Positions 62,824 to 64,000 of a DNA stretch of 64,000 nt are shown one piece after another. Below the pieces are notes generated by a model. The model saw nothing but the letters and a program-made list of their open reading frames with translations, did no database searches and was not told where the DNA came from. The DNA is from Candidatus Krumholzibacteriia bacterium (lineage in GTDB: Bacteria; Krumholzibacteriota; Krumholzibacteriia; LZORAL124-64-63): assembly GCA_050174015.1 (NCBI GenBank), contig JBFXKG010000002.1, forward strand, positions 192,001 to 256,000. Reading direction: 5' to 3'. The position numbers were made by a program, and so were the translations under genes. The stretch's first letter is position 1. Every line of letters begins with the position of its first letter.

Positions 62824-63405
62824 ATGAAGAAGTTGATCCTCGCAACCGCACTCGTCGCCATGGCCATTGGCGGCTCCGCATTCGCCCAGCTGAATTGGGA
62901 AGACAACATCGGCCTGTACTTCGATGAGGGCGCCACCTCCTATTGCGGCACCGCTCCCATCGGCTTCACCCACGCCTTCCTGGTTCTCACCCACTGCACC
63001 AGCCCCAGCGTCGGCGGCTGGGAAGCCAAGGTCACCTTCGAGGGCGGCGTCACGCAGACCGCCGCGGCCCTTTACGGTCTGACCATCAACGCGGCCACCC
63101 GCCCGAACGAGTTCATCGTCGGTCTGGGTCAGCCCCTGGTCGCCGTCAACGGTTCCGTGGTCCTGGCCGACTTCACCCTGTACGCCACCGGCGGCCCGGG
63201 CTACGGCTTCGTCGGCCCGGTCTACTTCGACAGCCTCCAGAACAACCTGCCTGCCTACCTGGACGGCAACGACCCCGAGCTGGTCAAGCCCATGCTGCCC
63301 AGCCTGGGCGGGATCTTCGACCCCGTGCTGATCGTCAACGGCGACTGCGGCCCGGTGGAAAACGAAGACGCCAGCTTCGGCGGCGTGAAGGCCCTGTTCC
63401 GGTAG
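62824..63405 (+). CDS. Secreted beta-rich protein, paralog 2, C-terminal SFGGVKALFR tag
   Basis: SD AGGAG, signal peptide AFA/Q; 193 aa. Confidence 0.87.
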   Translation: MKKLILATALVAMAIGGSAFAQLNWEDNIGLYFDEGATSYCGTAPIGFTHAFLVLTHCTSPSVGGWEAKVTFEGGVTQTAAALYGLTINAATRPNEFIVGLGQPLVAVNGSVVLADFTLYATGGPGYGFVGPVYFDSLQNNLPAYLDGNDPELVKPMLPSLGGIFDPVLIVNGDCGPVENEDASFGGVKALFR

Positions 63406-63440
63406 ATCGCAACGGTGGCCTCCGGCCACATGCTCGCTCT

Positions 63441-63476
63441 ATGAAGACGGCCGCCGTTTCCGGCGGCCGTCTTCAT
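63441..63476. terminator. 16-bp hairpin between convergent genes
   Basis: ATGAAGACGGCCGCCG-TTTC-CGGCGGCCGTCTTCAT. Confidence 0.8.
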
Positions 63477-63498
63477 TCGGCCCAGGCCGTCGAGGCCC

Positions 63499-64000
63499 TC
63501 ACCGGGCCAGCAAGCCCCCCCGCTGATAGATGTCCATCTGCACCCGGCTGAACGGTTCGGCCCTGAGGCCGCCCCCTTCCCAGGTGATCGCGCCGGTGTT
63601 CAGGTCCACCCTGATGGCCTGGCCGTTCTGAAGTCCGGCATCCCTCAGGTCGGCCACCAGGACCGGCAGCCCGGCGTTGATGGCGTTCCGCTCGTAGATG
63701 GCCCCGTAGCTGGGAGCGATGAGCGCGCCGACGCCCAAGGTCAGGAAGCAGTCGACGGCCTGCTGGCGGCTGCTGCCGCAGCCGAAGTTCGGCCCCACGA
63801 CCACGAAGTCGCCGGGGGCGACCTTCGCGGGGAAGTCCTCCCAGCCGGGGAGATTGCCGAAGGCGTATCGTCCCATCTCGGCCGGATCGGTCACCGCCAG
63901 GTGGCGATTGTGGAAGATCATGTCGGTGTCGATGTTGGCCTCGTTCACCAGCCACACCCGGCCGTCGAGGACGGTCGGCTTGGCGGCGGTCGCTCCTGCT
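63499..64000 (-). CDS. LeuD/aconitase small-subunit (swivel) domain, 5'-truncated by window edge
   Basis: NIDTDMI, NFGCGSSRQQA, IYERNAINAGLP, GGLL; frame stays open to 64000. Confidence 0.88.
   Translation of the reverse strand, partial: AGATAAKPTVLDGRVWLVNEANIDTDMIFHNRHLAVTDPAEMGRYAFGNLPGWEDFPAKVAPGDFVVVGPNFGCGSSRQQAVDCFLTLGVGALIAPSYGAIYERNAINAGLPVLVADLRDAGLQNGQAIRVDLNTGAITWEGGGLRAEPFSRVQMDIYQRGGLLAR

Overview
GC-rich bacterial chromosomal window, densely coding with about 54 genes. I saw no rRNA, tRNA, CRISPR array or transposase. Housekeeping and metabolic genes include mqnD, malQ, thyX, hutU, tex, a two-subunit class I fumarase, hppA, adk, dinB, lepB, a TAXI-TRAP transporter and DUF47-PiT. 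There are also cell-envelope genes (GT9, two GT4, two O-antigen ligase/polymerase-like genes, Wzx, Wzz-like, NamZ and a MurU-AmgK fusion) and many secreted proteins. The main signals the ORF track misses are: (1) two probable selenoproteins, each with an in-frame UGA and a SECIS-like hairpin (a 112-aa protein ending [13 protein letters not shown] at 7466-7804, and an ArsC-like thioredoxin-fold protein with U-T-S-A at 21793-22140); (2) a shared C-terminal tag, S[WF][GS]xVK[AS]LFR-stop, on three secreted proteins from two unrelated families, a candidate sorting signal that from recollection suggests a Krumholzibacteriota/Latescibacterota-like organism (inference); (3) an orphan pseudopilin with three GspG-like modules and a poly-Asp tail, next to a decapitated yjbQ; (4) an S1 protease followed by a gene for a free-standing copy of its own prodomain; (5) a promoter-driven, structured, ORF-poor intergenic RNA candidate at about 25360-25485. 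All calls come from reading motifs by eye; no searches were run.
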